Below, in pieces: positions 48,918 through 58,863 of a DNA stretch of 64,000 bases. Source of the DNA: Patescibacteria group bacterium UBA3466 (lineage in GTDB: Bacteria; Patescibacteriota; Minisyncoccia; Phycocordibacterales; UBA918); the NCBI GenBank assembly GCA_002378195.1, contig DFRJ01000002.1, positions 22,911 through 86,910 on the forward strand. The letters are read 5' to 3'. The first letter of the stretch is position 1. Each line of letters begins with the position of its first letter. The notes under the pieces are model-generated. The model made no database searches, was not told where the DNA came from, and saw only the letters and a list, made by a program, of their open reading frames with translations. A program made the position numbers and the translations under genes.

Positions 48918-51900
48918 TTGGTGATGAAAAAAATGACTAATGATCGAGCGGTATTTGATAGTCAATACAAACTCCTCAATGACCAACAAAAAGAAGCGGT
49001 GGACACTATTGAAGGGCCGGTGATGGTGGTGGCTGGTCCAGGTACTGGAAAAACGCAAATTTTGACTTTAAGAATTGGAAAGATTCTGCTCGAAACTGAC
49101 ACTCAGCCAGACAGTATTCTAGCTCTCACCTTCACCGAAGCTGGTGCAAAAGCAATGAGAGAGCGACTGCATCGCTACATCGGAGCTGCAGCTTATCAGG
49201 TGTCAATCAATACCTTCCATGGTTTTGCGGAGAGACTTATTAGGGATTATCCGGATGCCTACGATCGGGTGGTAGGAGGTAGGGCAGCCAGCGATTTGGA
49301 TAAAATTGATATCATCGAAACCATCTTATCTGAACCGAGCTTCAAGCTACTGAGACCAATTGGAAATCCGTCTTATTATGTTAAGCCGATTATCAGTATT
49401 CTTGGTTCTCTAAAGAAGGAGTACATAACACCAAACAAACTAGCTGAGTTGATCGATTTACAGGAGGACACTTTGCAGGGGATTGAGCAGTACCATGCTA
49501 AGGGTGCCCATAAAGGGAAACAGCGAGGTGAATACACTAAGTTAGAAAAAGACATTGCCAAGAATCGGGAGTTGTTAGTTTTGTATCGGCAGTACGAGTT
49601 ACTTTTGTCCGAAAAAAGACTGTATGACTTCGAAGACATGATCGTAGAAACGGTGCGAGCGCTGGAGAGCAATGAAGATATGCTGCGTGACTTGCAGGAA
49701 AATTACCAGTACATTTTGGCTGATGAGCATCAAGACGTAAACGGCGCTCAGAATCGCATTCTGGAACTCTTGGCTAATTTTCATGATCAGCCCAACATCT
49801 TCGTGGTGGGGGATGAAAAACAAGCGATCTATCGTTTCCAGGGTGCGTCTTTGGAAAACTTTTTGTATTTTGAGACATTATTCCAGAATGCAAAACGCAT
49901 TAGTCTGACGGAAAACTATCGTTCTGGGCAAACTATTTTAGATTCTGCACATAGCTTAGTGGCGGTAGAAGGTGGCCCTCTGGCCTCGCTCAGGGTTCCA
50001 CTGGAAGCTAAAGCGGTAGACAGTTCGATAATTGAAGATCGCCATTTTTCGCACCAGGCGGTAGAAGATGCTTGGGTAGCCAACAGAGTAAAGCAATTGG
50101 TGTCTGACGGTATAGATCCAGATGAGATTGCTATTATTGTGCGGACAAACCGTGAGGTGGAATTATACGCTTCTTTGCTGCGGAAGGAAGGTGTGCAGGT
50201 AGAAGCTTCAGCTGACGGGGATATCCTAGATCATCCGATTACTCATAGCGTGCAAGATTTTATAGCCACAGTCACAGAAGGTCACAGTGAACAGGCGCTT
50301 TTCAAGCTGCTGCATGGAGCGTATTGGGAAATTTCAAATGATGACTTGGTGCGAATCGCTTCGGCCAGGAGCTATGATACGTCTTTGGTTAGCATCATCA
50401 CTGATGCCCAAAAGCTCACGGAGCTTGGCGTCGAGGGTGTTGAGTCGGTACTGAAAGTTAGTCAGGTGCTGGAAGAAGCTCGTGCGTTATCTGTCACTAT
50501 GCCGCCTCACAGGGTTTTAGAACTGCTTCTTACTAAAAGTGGCTTTCTGGATCACGTGATGGCCAATGATCCAATTGAAGGGCCGCGTGTAGTTAGGCGA
50601 GTTTATGATGAAATTGAGAAACTGGTCATCTACAATAGTAAGGCAACTTTGAGTGAGGTGAGCGAGGTCTTGCACAGTTATCGGGAACACCGGATTGCTC
50701 TAAATGCTCCTTATATTTCTTCTAATAAGAAATCAGTACAAGTGATGACTGCGCACAAGTCTAAAGGTTTGGAGTTTTCGGCGGTATTTGTACCGCATGT
50801 AGTTGATAGTGCCTGGGGTGGTACAAAGAAGCGTAATTTATTTAATATTCAATTTGGTGAGGAGGTGGCAGCTGAAGACTTAATCGACGATGAGAAACGC
50901 TTACTTTATGTAGCTATGACCAGAGCTAAGACGCAGCTGTTCTTTTCTAGTGCTGAGCAAAGTGGTGAAGGTAGGGAACTGATTCGCTCACGTCTATTTG
51001 ATGCAATAGACGAAACCACTATAAATCAATGTGACGTAGACAGTATTGAGTCAGAATTCAATCCAATTGGCGACCTGGCTTATAGCGACCAAGAAAGCTC
51101 GATCACACCGGCGTTGTTACTAAAACATTTATCTGATCGAGGATTGTCAGCAACGGCTTTAAATAACTACCTGGCCAGTCCGTATAACTACTTATATAGA
51201 AATGTCATGCGCATCCCTGAGGTGCAGGCGACGCCTATGCTGTTTGGAACTGCTATGCATGGCGTGATGGAAAGGGTGGTGAAAGGTTATGTTGCCGACA
51301 AAAAAATACTCAGTGCGACCGAGGTAAAGGCAGTGCTTGAGGTGCAGTTATCCAGACTGCCAATTAGTCAGGATGAATTTGTAAGATTGCATGAAAAAGG
51401 ACTAGAGTCCTTGTTGGCTTATATCAGCGAGATTAAAAATCAAATTAATGCTAATCATAAAGTGGAGTTTGCTGTCAGTGTGACACTGGAGACCGGGTTA
51501 GAAGAGCTTCCCGAATTGAAGCTGACTGGTAAATTAGATCGTTTGGATTTTGATGAGTCAGGTAGATTGCTGAGGGTGGTAGATTACAAAACTGGCAAAC
51601 CAAAGACTCGTAACCACATTGAAGGCAAGACCAAAGATTCCACTGGTGACTACAAGCGTCAGTTGGTATTTTATGCGCTGATGCTGTCTCTGTACGAAGA
51701 TGATAATTATAATTGTCGTGAAGGAGTTTTGTCATTTATCGAGCCAGATACTAAGGGTGTGATCCATGAGGAGGTTTTCCAAATTACCGATGAAGAGATC
51801 CTAGATTTAAAACAAGAACTGATTAGAGTGGCGAAGGAGATAGTCAGTGGAAGTTTTTTACTGACTCCTCCGACTGAGGATTGTGCGTATTGGGATCTAG

Positions 51901-51923
51901 CTAAGCAATTGGGTGGGGAATAA
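48918..51923 (+). CDS. UvrD/PcrA-family superfamily-1 helicase fused to a C-terminal RecB-like PD-(D/E)XK nuclease domain (AddA-like), 1001 aa
   Basis: Walker A AGPGTGKTQ and helicase motifs through the middle. The C-terminus carries GKLDRLD...VVDYKTGK...QLVFYALM, a RecB-family nuclease signature, and terminal Cys residues. No partner nuclease gene is visible in the window. Confidence 0.8.
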   Translation: MVMKKMTNDRAVFDSQYKLLNDQQKEAVDTIEGPVMVVAGPGTGKTQILTLRIGKILLETDTQPDSILALTFTEAGAKAMRERLHRYIGAAAYQVSINTFHGFAERLIRDYPDAYDRVVGGRAASDLDKIDIIETILSEPSFKLLRPIGNPSYYVKPIISILGSLKKEYITPNKLAELIDLQEDTLQGIEQYHAKGAHKGKQRGEYTKLEKDIAKNRELLVLYRQYELLLSEKRLYDFEDMIVETVRALESNEDMLRDLQENYQYILADEHQDVNGAQNRILELLANFHDQPNIFVVGDEKQAIYRFQGASLENFLYFETLFQNAKRISLTENYRSGQTILDSAHSLVAVEGGPLASLRVPLEAKAVDSSIIEDRHFSHQAVEDAWVANRVKQLVSDGIDPDEIAIIVRTNREVELYASLLRKEGVQVEASADGDILDHPITHSVQDFIATVTEGHSEQALFKLLHGAYWEISNDDLVRIASARSYDTSLVSIITDAQKLTELGVEGVESVLKVSQVLEEARALSVTMPPHRVLELLLTKSGFLDHVMANDPIEGPRVVRRVYDEIEKLVIYNSKATLSEVSEVLHSYREHRIALNAPYISSNKKSVQVMTAHKSKGLEFSAVFVPHVVDSAWGGTKKRNLFNIQFGEEVAAEDLIDDEKRLLYVAMTRAKTQLFFSSAEQSGEGRELIRSRLFDAIDETTINQCDVDSIESEFNPIGDLAYSDQESSITPALLLKHLSDRGLSATALNNYLASPYNYLYRNVMRIPEVQATPMLFGTAMHGVMERVVKGYVADKKILSATEVKAVLEVQLSRLPISQDEFVRLHEKGLESLLAYISEIKNQINANHKVEFAVSVTLETGLEELPELKLTGKLDRLDFDESGRLLRVVDYKTGKPKTRNHIEGKTKDSTGDYKRQLVFYALMLSLYEDDNYNCREGVLSFIEPDTKGVIHEEVFQITDEEILDLKQELIRVAKEIVSGSFLLTPPTEDCAYWDLAKQLGGE

Positions 51924-51956
51924 TTAAAGGGCCGGAGCGAAGCTCCGGCCCTTTAA
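51924..51956. terminator. Bidirectional intrinsic terminator (TTAAAGGGCCGGAGC-gaa-GCTCCGGCCCTTTAA)
   Basis: Perfect GC-rich stem between convergent genes. Confidence 0.85.
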
Positions 51957-52730
51957 TTATTCGGTTGTGGTTGGTGTCGGGGTTTCCGTTCCTTCTAGTT
52001 GAGAGATCAAGGTATCGAGAATGTCTTTCACTACAGCGTAAGGTTGAGCTCCGTTGATGACAGCTTGCTGGTCACCAACGATCACAACAGAGTAGGGAGT
52101 GCCTCTTGCACCAATTCGAAAGGCTTCTTCTGCGCTAGCCAAAACCGCCTCCTGGTTTCGTCTTTCGTCAATACAATTGGCAAAATCGAGTTGAGAAATA
52201 CCAGCATCAAGAGCGTATTGTGGAAGGCGAGTTACGTTTGTTGGAGCGTCGAAGGCTCTTTCTTCAAAAAGAGTGTCGGTAAACGTCCAGAAAGCGTCAT
52301 TGCCTCCTAGTTCACCAACGCATAGTGCGGCCTCAGAAATCTTAGCAGCATTTGGGTGTAGTTGAGTGAGAGGGAACTGCCTAAATACCCAACCAACTTG
52401 TCCGTTAACACCGTACTCTTCCATGATGCTGTTCATGGTGCTGTGGTATTCCTTACAGTACGGACACTCATAATCTGAGTATTCTATGATCATGATGGGA
52501 GCGTTCGGATTACCTTTGATGTAGTCTGTCTCATCTATGGTGCGAGGAGTACCGCTTTCAATGATCACTTCTTCATCTGCTTCGACTACTGTTACTGTTT
52601 CTGTTGGCTCATTACTGCTAGTAAAGAATATAGCGACAGCGATCATCGCAAAACCAACAATAATAGCGATAGGAATAGCCGGAGAGGTTTTGGTGGCGTC
52701 GGTTTGTTGTGTTTCAAAAGAAGGTTCCAT
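51957..52730 (-). CDS. DsbA-like thiol:disulfide oxidoreductase, membrane-anchored
   Basis: N-terminal TM anchor followed by a thioredoxin-fold domain with CPYC active site (YECPYCKEY). Confidence 0.7.
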   Translation of the reverse strand: MEPSFETQQTDATKTSPAIPIAIIVGFAMIAVAIFFTSSNEPTETVTVVEADEEVIIESGTPRTIDETDYIKGNPNAPIMIIEYSDYECPYCKEYHSTMNSIMEEYGVNGQVGWVFRQFPLTQLHPNAAKISEAALCVGELGGNDAFWTFTDTLFEERAFDAPTNVTRLPQYALDAGISQLDFANCIDERRNQEAVLASAEEAFRIGARGTPYSVVIVGDQQAVINGAQPYAVVKDILDTLISQLEGTETPTPTTTE

Positions 52731-52805
52731 TGATGAGTAGGTTACTAAATAAGTATTAACAATGAAATTATATCACAGGCATATCAATGCTATACTCAAT
52801 CTGAT

Positions 52806-53618
52806 ATGGAATGGCTAGATGCAGTTATATTAGGTTTGGTGCAAGGAGTGACAGAGTTTTTGCCAGTGTCTTCAACTGGGCACTTAGTTTTGGTTCATGA
52901 ATGGTTGATGTTAGACCAAACCAACGCGCTGGCGTTTGACGCCATTTTACACTTTGCAACCACGGCCGCAGTCATCGTTTACTTTTGGTCAGACATTTGG
53001 AATTTGCTACAAGCAGTTTTGCGAAAGCTGGGTAGGTTGCCGGTCAATCAGAAAGACATAACTTTATTTAATGCCCTGGTGGTAGGTACGATCCCGGCGG
53101 TAGTGATTGGTTTGGCTTTACAGGGTCTGGTTCAGGAGCATTTGCGCAACTCACTCTTTGTGGCGGGCGCATTATTTTTTGCTTCGATGTTTTTCTTGTA
53201 TGTAGAATGGCGGTATTATCTGCAACCTCCGCACGGCGAAATAAACATCAAGCGTGGTTTTTGGGTCGGTGTATTTCAAGCGTTGGCTTTGATTCCGGGT
53301 ATGTCACGTTCCGGATCCACTATCGCTGGAGGTATGCTACTTGGTATGACCAGACTCGAAGCTACTCGCTTTTCTTTTTTGTTGGCTATTCCGATTACCT
53401 TAGGGGTTGGTATCAAGATGAGTATCGATCTCCTAGACGCTGACGGTGTCGTCAATTGGTCAGTTATTTGGCTAGGTGCAGCAGTGGCTTTTTTGACTGC
53501 CTTGCTCGTTATTCACTTTTTCTTACGGTTCATCCGGAAGTACACGCTGTGGCCATTTGTGTGGTATGGCATCATTTTGGCCAGCATGGTGGCTTACGTA
53601 TCCGTTTTTACTATTTAA
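52806..53618 (+). CDS. uppP: Undecaprenyl-diphosphate phosphatase
   Basis: LGLVQGVTEFLPVSSTGHL N-terminal motif and PGMSRSGSTI second motif. Confidence 0.85.
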   Translation: MEWLDAVILGLVQGVTEFLPVSSTGHLVLVHEWLMLDQTNALAFDAILHFATTAAVIVYFWSDIWNLLQAVLRKLGRLPVNQKDITLFNALVVGTIPAVVIGLALQGLVQEHLRNSLFVAGALFFASMFFLYVEWRYYLQPPHGEINIKRGFWVGVFQALALIPGMSRSGSTIAGGMLLGMTRLEATRFSFLLAIPITLGVGIKMSIDLLDADGVVNWSVIWLGAAVAFLTALLVIHFFLRFIRKYTLWPFVWYGIILASMVAYVSVFTI

Positions 53619-54190
53619 AATAGCATGGAGTGAGTCATGGCTGATTCGTCTGCCTCTTCCCATTTCGAAGTGTCCAAAGGAATCTCTTTCTTACGGTGGC
53701 CGTCCTTAAATTTTACGTGACCGTTCTGGCGTGCGTACTCGAAAACATCTTTGGTTACTTTAACGTCCTGTTCGCAATATTTTTTGATGTCTTTGATGTT
53801 ACCTTCGCGCCACCAACGTACCGCCTGCAGACCATCGGCTGATTTTTTGGCACCGACGGTAGCTTGAGCTACGCTGTCTAAACGAAGGCGTCGACCTAGA
53901 GATTCCTTAATGTCTTCCAGTAGGTCAATACTCTTAATTTGGGTGAGGTCGCCTGGGTAGTATTTATTTAAAAGTGGTACATCAAAATGGTTGCTGTTAT
54001 ATCCCACCAAAGCATCAGCTTTTTCAATAATCGGCCAGAGTTGATCAATTTCATCGATAGTGACGGTGGTGTATTTTTCGGTTTCGCTATCGTAGACAGT
54101 CGCGACAGAAATATCTAGATCAGTTGGGTCATTAGATCCGACATCCTGAAAAATGTTCTGTGTTTCTAAGTCGAAGACAATGTATCGCAT
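53615..54190 (-). CDS. DEDDh-family 3'-5' exonuclease (DnaQ/RNase T-like)
   Basis: Exo I VFDLETQ, Exo II GYNSNHFDVPLL, Exo III YCEQDVKVT. Its 3' end overlaps the convergent uppP by 4 nt. Confidence 0.65.
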   Translation of the reverse strand: MRYIVFDLETQNIFQDVGSNDPTDLDISVATVYDSETEKYTTVTIDEIDQLWPIIEKADALVGYNSNHFDVPLLNKYYPGDLTQIKSIDLLEDIKESLGRRLRLDSVAQATVGAKKSADGLQAVRWWREGNIKDIKKYCEQDVKVTKDVFEYARQNGHVKFKDGHRKKEIPLDTSKWEEADESAMTHSMLF

Positions 54191-54311
54191 GAGTGTGATT
54201 GTAACATTAACTAATAATGACGCGCAGTAATTTTAAACTTGCAAAAAATATCAATCTGTAGTCTCATAGGTAAAATTTGTACTTTTGCACTTTGACTACA
54301 AGAGGCTGCTT

Positions 54312-55067
54312 ATGAGCGACCAAAATAATCAGCCTGCTAGTGGGCTGCGGAGGAAGTTAAAGGTCTCCGATTTATGGCGACGTTTTACCGGTTCGTCGTT
54401 TCCGATTAACCCTACGGTAGAAGACATGGGCAAGGAGATTTTTCAGTTTGCGACCAACCTGTTTGGCGAAGACTTCATTAACCCGTCAGAAGTTATTTAT
54501 GACTACAATGAAGAACAGTTGTTTAAGCTGTATCAGCATTTCTTGGTGTTTTGTGACTTGGCTACTTTGCCGATGGAGAATGCGTTTTTGGTGCCAGGAC
54601 CGCCAATTAATCTGACCTTTGCCGATATGATGGAAGAACCCATTTATTGCTTTACTGACCAAACTGTTCAGTTGGCCAGAGATGGTGATCAGTCAAACAT
54701 TGATTACTTGCTGAATATGGAGGATGTACCGGGTTGCAATTGGCTGGTGTTCCTGAAATCTGGTTTTCCTGACAGTGACGGTAAAATGCTAGAGAGGCAG
54801 TTGGAAGCTGCTGGTAAGCAAGATCGCTTTCGTCCCGCCACTGCGGTAGAAGCCTATTACTGTTTATGGCAATACCTAAAAGTACGTGGGATAAATTTGC
54901 TAAAGCAGAATATCAGACTACGCACCAGTTCGGTCTCTAGCAATGATCAAAATGTAGTTGTTAAATTGCACGGTGGTGACGGCTTTATGATTACTGACTG
55001 GCGTGAAAACAAAGAGATGTGCGAAGGGTTGTTTATGTCTGGGGTGTGGGTCTATGACCCGCCTTGA
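54312..55067 (+). CDS. Hypothetical protein
   Basis: ORF track starts at 54285 on an alternative codon; the ATG at 54312 is preceded by AGAGG. No motif recognised. Confidence 0.4.
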   Translation: MSDQNNQPASGLRRKLKVSDLWRRFTGSSFPINPTVEDMGKEIFQFATNLFGEDFINPSEVIYDYNEEQLFKLYQHFLVFCDLATLPMENAFLVPGPPINLTFADMMEEPIYCFTDQTVQLARDGDQSNIDYLLNMEDVPGCNWLVFLKSGFPDSDGKMLERQLEAAGKQDRFRPATAVEAYYCLWQYLKVRGINLLKQNIRLRTSSVSSNDQNVVVKLHGGDGFMITDWRENKEMCEGLFMSGVWVYDPP

Positions 55068-55095
55068 CTACAAGGTCGTTCGCAGCTCGTGGCTC

Positions 55096-55121
55096 AAAAC
55101 CCGACTTCGGTCGGGTTTTTT
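55096..55121 (+). terminator. Intrinsic terminator (AAAACCCGAC-ttcg-GTCGGGTTTTTT)
   Basis: Perfect stem followed by a T-run. It is followed by a second hairpin (AGAAGTCCGC...GCGGACTTCG) for the convergent minus-strand gene. Confidence 0.8.
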
Positions 55122-55587
55122 AAATAGAAAAGAAGTCCGCTGGTTGGCGGACTTCGTCGGGTATGTTTTGTTTTAGGATGGTGACGGAGCGACAATTTCC
55201 AGTGTTGTCGGGGTCGTAATCTCCAACCGTCATCATCAGCATCAGCATTTTATTCTCTCGATCGTGAGCCAAGGAGACGATGGGGATATAGCCTCGTTCG
55301 AACTCCTTATCAATAAGATCGTGTAGATTGAGACCGCTCTTTTCTTCAATGGCAGACACATAAATGATATGAGTTTTAACACGATGGGGTAACATGAAGG
55401 TGACATGTATCAGCTCACCATGGTTTGACATACCCCAATTGTCCGCCTGAAAGTGCCTGATGCGCTGTTTTGTTAAGTGTTGTAGGCAGGTCTCGTCGAT
55501 CGTTAGATTGTTCGGGTTAGCGAGTGTAGACATATTTACACTCATCATGATTACTACGATAAAGAACTGACAAGTACGCATTTTCAC
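55120..55587 (-). CDS. Hypothetical secreted protein
   Basis: N-terminal hydrophobic signal/anchor; no motif recognised. Confidence 0.4.
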   Translation of the reverse strand: MKMRTCQFFIVVIMMSVNMSTLANPNNLTIDETCLQHLTKQRIRHFQADNWGMSNHGELIHVTFMLPHRVKTHIIYVSAIEEKSGLNLHDLIDKEFERGYIPIVSLAHDRENKMLMLMMTVGDYDPDNTGNCRSVTILKQNIPDEVRQPADFFSI

Positions 55588-55653
55588 CTCCTAATGGTGA
55601 TTTGTTATTCAGATTAGAGCTTAAGGGTAAATAGGTGGCTAGTCAATGGTATG

Positions 55654-56220
55654 TTAATCAGTCAAATGAGATTTGTTGTTTAGGACTGACAGTCTCTCGT
55701 CCATCGCTTTTTGGATCATGGCTTGTAGGTTGCGAGGGTCGGGTAGTCCGGTAGTTTTGAAATTACTTTCGAACGCTCCAGCGGTTTGAGCCTGAACGGT
55801 GCCAAAGTTGAGCATGGTCGGAATAAAACCTTTGACGCTAAACTCGATGTCTTGTAGTCGTTCGAGTCTAAAAATACTCACGCTCCGGTTAAAGAAGTGA
55901 ATCTGATCGACTAAGATAATCCGGCGATCGGTAATGATCCAAGAGTCTAAATAATAGTGAGTCCAAGTAGTAAAAGCCGCCATGATGGTCAGGATGGTCC
56001 AGAGAACAATACAGAAAGTGATGAGTGGGATTTGATTACTTAGATTAAAGTCTAGATTTACTAACTCACTTGGCATAAGCAAGAAGCCGGCCAATAGAAA
56101 GAAGGGGAGTAACAGCATTAGAAACGAGGCAAATAGTTCGGTAACAATAATAAACCAGTGCTTTCGAACAACAGTTAGCACCTCTTCTTCTGGTTCTAGT
56201 TGGATTCTTTCAAATAACAT
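55654..56220 (-). CDS. Membrane protein with bacterial PH-like (YdbS/YdbT-type) domain
   Basis: Cytoplasmic N-terminus, two TM helices, then a bPH-like segment (HWFIIV... pattern). Confidence 0.45.
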   Translation of the reverse strand: MLFERIQLEPEEEVLTVVRKHWFIIVTELFASFLMLLLPFFLLAGFLLMPSELVNLDFNLSNQIPLITFCIVLWTILTIMAAFTTWTHYYLDSWIITDRRIILVDQIHFFNRSVSIFRLERLQDIEFSVKGFIPTMLNFGTVQAQTAGAFESNFKTTGLPDPRNLQAMIQKAMDERLSVLNNKSHLTD

Positions 56221-56221
56221 A

Positions 56222-56443
56222 TTAAATAAGCATTAGGAGAGCACCAGCGATGATCACAAGGGGTACGCTGCTGGCAAAATACAGCATAAGTGTAAAAGAG
56301 GTAACCTTTAGGTCGGATCCGTAAGTTTTCCAGTGGTAAACCAAGATGGCACTGTAAACTATATAAATAAACAAAGCTACCAAGAATGCGATATTGGCAA
56401 CAGATTGGATGCTTAGGTTGATGGTGAGTCCTGTCTCAAGCAT
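56222..56443 (-). CDS. Small membrane protein, hypothetical
   Basis: 73 aa, two TM helices, immediately downstream of prmC. Confidence 0.3.
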   Translation of the reverse strand: MLETGLTINLSIQSVANIAFLVALFIYIVYSAILVYHWKTYGSDLKVTSFTLMLYFASSVPLVIIAGALLMLI

Positions 56444-56447
56444 GAGA

Positions 56448-57218
56448 TTATTGTAGCACTAAGATGGAGTAGCGTTCGACGTTGTATTGGTCTTTGTGGG
56501 TTGAGATTAAAAAGTTGTGTTTGTTAGCCAGTTGGGCCATGTCTTTAGTTTGTTCTGGTTCATGTTCAATCCATAGTTGGCCACCTGGAGCTAAATACTC
56601 CGGAGCCTTAGAGATGATGCTCGTGATTATTTCCATGCCTTTTTCTCCGCCAAACAGAGCGAGGTAAGGCTCGTTTGTTTTTACTGACTCATCGGTGCGG
56701 TCGAGAGATTCGTCAATGTATGGTGGGTTAGAAAAAATAAAATCGTACTTACCTGCAAGGTTGGTAAATAAGTTGGAGTGAACTACACGACATTGGTTTT
56801 GGTCGGTAATGTTCTCGGTAATATTTTTTTGAATAGTAGTTATTAGATTGGTGTCGATCTCGGCCAAATCAACCGCTGTATCTGGTAGTGCTTTGGCTAG
56901 AGCCACACCAATGCAGCCGCTACCGGCACACAGATCGAGAATTTTAGTTTTTCCCGCATCTATGCCAAGAGAAGGGGTGTTACTGTTTTTTAAGGTATCG
57001 ATGGCTTCGTTGATCCAAAACTCGGTTTCGGGGCGGGGGATAAGCGGGTGTTTGTCGAGCCAGATTTTACAGTTTAGAAAAGGAACAAAACCAATGAGGT
57101 AGGCGAGTGGTTCGCCGAGAGCCAGGCGTTTGCAGTCGGTGAAAAAAGCTGCGCTTTTTTCACCGCCGTATTTTTCTTCGAGTAGCCACTCCATGTCAGT
57201 TTTGTTTGTGTTCTTCAT
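56448..57218 (-). CDS. prmC: Release-factor glutamine N5-methyltransferase (HemK/PrmC-type, NPPY class)
   Basis: LDLCAGSGCIGVALA SAM-binding motif and FSNPPYI catalytic motif. Confidence 0.75.
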   Translation of the reverse strand: MKNTNKTDMEWLLEEKYGGEKSAAFFTDCKRLALGEPLAYLIGFVPFLNCKIWLDKHPLIPRPETEFWINEAIDTLKNSNTPSLGIDAGKTKILDLCAGSGCIGVALAKALPDTAVDLAEIDTNLITTIQKNITENITDQNQCRVVHSNLFTNLAGKYDFIFSNPPYIDESLDRTDESVKTNEPYLALFGGEKGMEIITSIISKAPEYLAPGGQLWIEHEPEQTKDMAQLANKHNFLISTHKDQYNVERYSILVLQ

Positions 57219-57294
57219 CTATATTACAATGCGATAAATTTAGTCATTAGTCAACTAGAGTAAGGTTGAGTGATTTACTGCTATACTGTCGCGT

Positions 57295-58050
57295 ATGTCA
57301 GACTACATCTTAGAGATTAAAGATCTCATCAAAGACTACGGCAGTGGCAAGAGTGCCAGTCGCGCCGTCAACGGTATTAATTTAAATATTAAAAAGGGGA
57401 GCTTTTTTGGTCTACTGGGCCCTAACGGGGCTGGTAAAAGTACAACCATTCATTGTATTACCGGTATTGCGCAGCCTACTGCAGGCCAAATCTTTATTAA
57501 TGGTGTCGACGTGGTGAAAGACTACAAGCTCGCCCGCACCAAAGTGGGCTTATCGCCGCAGGAATTTAATGTGGATATTTTTGCTACTCCTTTGCAATTG
57601 ATGGACTACATGGCTGGTTATTATGGTATCGATAGTAAAACTCGAAAAGACAGAATCGAAACTTTGATTGAACAGTTTGATTTGCAACAGCATCGTGATG
57701 TAAAGTTTCAGAAATTATCAGGCGGCTTAAAACGTCGAGCTATGTTAGGGAGGGCGTTGGTGCATACGCCGGACTTGTTGATTCTGGATGAGCCAACGGC
57801 CGGAGTAGATGTCGAACAACGTCGAGATTTATGGCAGTACCTAAAAGAACTTAACGCAGGTGGAAAAACCATCATTCTCACCTCGCACTACTTAGAAGAG
57901 ATTCAGTATTTGTGTAATGAAATTGCGATAATAAATCATGGTCAAATTGTAGCGGAGGGTACTAAGGAAGAATTTATGCGAGACGGCAAAAGTGTTGAAG
58001 ATACGTACTTAGAAATTACTAGAAGCGCTAATAGTAAAAAACATGATTAA
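57295..58050 (+). CDS. ABC transporter ATP-binding protein
   Basis: Walker A GPNGAGKST, signature LSGGLKRR, Walker B LLILDEPTAGVD. Confidence 0.85.
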   Translation: MSDYILEIKDLIKDYGSGKSASRAVNGINLNIKKGSFFGLLGPNGAGKSTTIHCITGIAQPTAGQIFINGVDVVKDYKLARTKVGLSPQEFNVDIFATPLQLMDYMAGYYGIDSKTRKDRIETLIEQFDLQQHRDVKFQKLSGGLKRRAMLGRALVHTPDLLILDEPTAGVDVEQRRDLWQYLKELNAGGKTIILTSHYLEEIQYLCNEIAIINHGQIVAEGTKEEFMRDGKSVEDTYLEITRSANSKKHD

Positions 58051-58807
58051 CTGGATTGGTTTATATACAATGTTTCGACGTGAGGTAGAGAGAACGTTGC
58101 GGGTAGTGGTACAAACTTTGGTTGCTCCAGTGGTCTCAGCCGCTTTGTACTTGTTTATATTTGGAACAGTAATTGGGACTAAGATCGAAGACTTTGCCGG
58201 TGTGCCATACATCCAGTTTGTTTTCCCTGGTGTTTTGATGTTGTCGGTGATCAATGCTTCGTTCGCCAGTTCTTCTTCAGCTCTTTATTTCATGCGCTTC
58301 ACTCGTGGTATTGAAGAGGTTTTGATCGCCCCGTTTTCATACTTGGAGATGCTGATTGGTTTTGTTGGTAGTGCGGTAGTGCGGGCGGTGATGGTGGCGT
58401 GTTTGATTTTGGTAACAGGAATTTTGTTCGGGGCTATCTCGTTAGTTAATCCATTTGGATTCTTTCTATACGTGGTCGCGATATCAGCTATTTTTGCCAT
58501 GCTGGGAATTATTGTGGCGCTGTGGGCCGAAAGTTTTGAGCAGTTACAAGTTCTTAATACCTTCGTCATTACTCCACTCACATACCTTGGCGGAATCTTT
58601 TACTCGATTACGTTTCTGCCAGAGCTAGCTGCAACTATCACTCGCTTCAATCCATTCTTTTATTTTGCCGATGGGATAAGGAGTGCGATGATTGGTTACA
58701 GTGAGGCCAATACTATAATTGGGGTAGTGGTGATATCAGCTTTAATAGCATTTTTGGGTATTATGCTGACCGTGTTGTTTAGGAGAGGTTGGAAGATTAG
58801 ATATTAA
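58043..58807 (+). CDS. ABC-2-type transporter permease
   Basis: Overlaps the ATPase gene by 8 nt; six predicted TM helices. Confidence 0.7.
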   Translation: MINWIGLYTMFRREVERTLRVVVQTLVAPVVSAALYLFIFGTVIGTKIEDFAGVPYIQFVFPGVLMLSVINASFASSSSALYFMRFTRGIEEVLIAPFSYLEMLIGFVGSAVVRAVMVACLILVTGILFGAISLVNPFGFFLYVVAISAIFAMLGIIVALWAESFEQLQVLNTFVITPLTYLGGIFYSITFLPELAATITRFNPFFYFADGIRSAMIGYSEANTIIGVVVISALIAFLGIMLTVLFRRGWKIRY

Positions 58808-58817
58808 AGTTGCCCAC

Positions 58818-58846
58818 ATGGCCGGCCCCTTCGGGGCCGGCCATTT
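58818..58846 (+). terminator. Intrinsic terminator (ATGGCCGGCCCC-ttcg-GGGGCCGGCCATTT)
   Basis: Perfect 10-bp GC stem with a TTCG loop. Confidence 0.75.
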
Positions 58847-58863
58847 GCTAAACTTAAGTCAGT

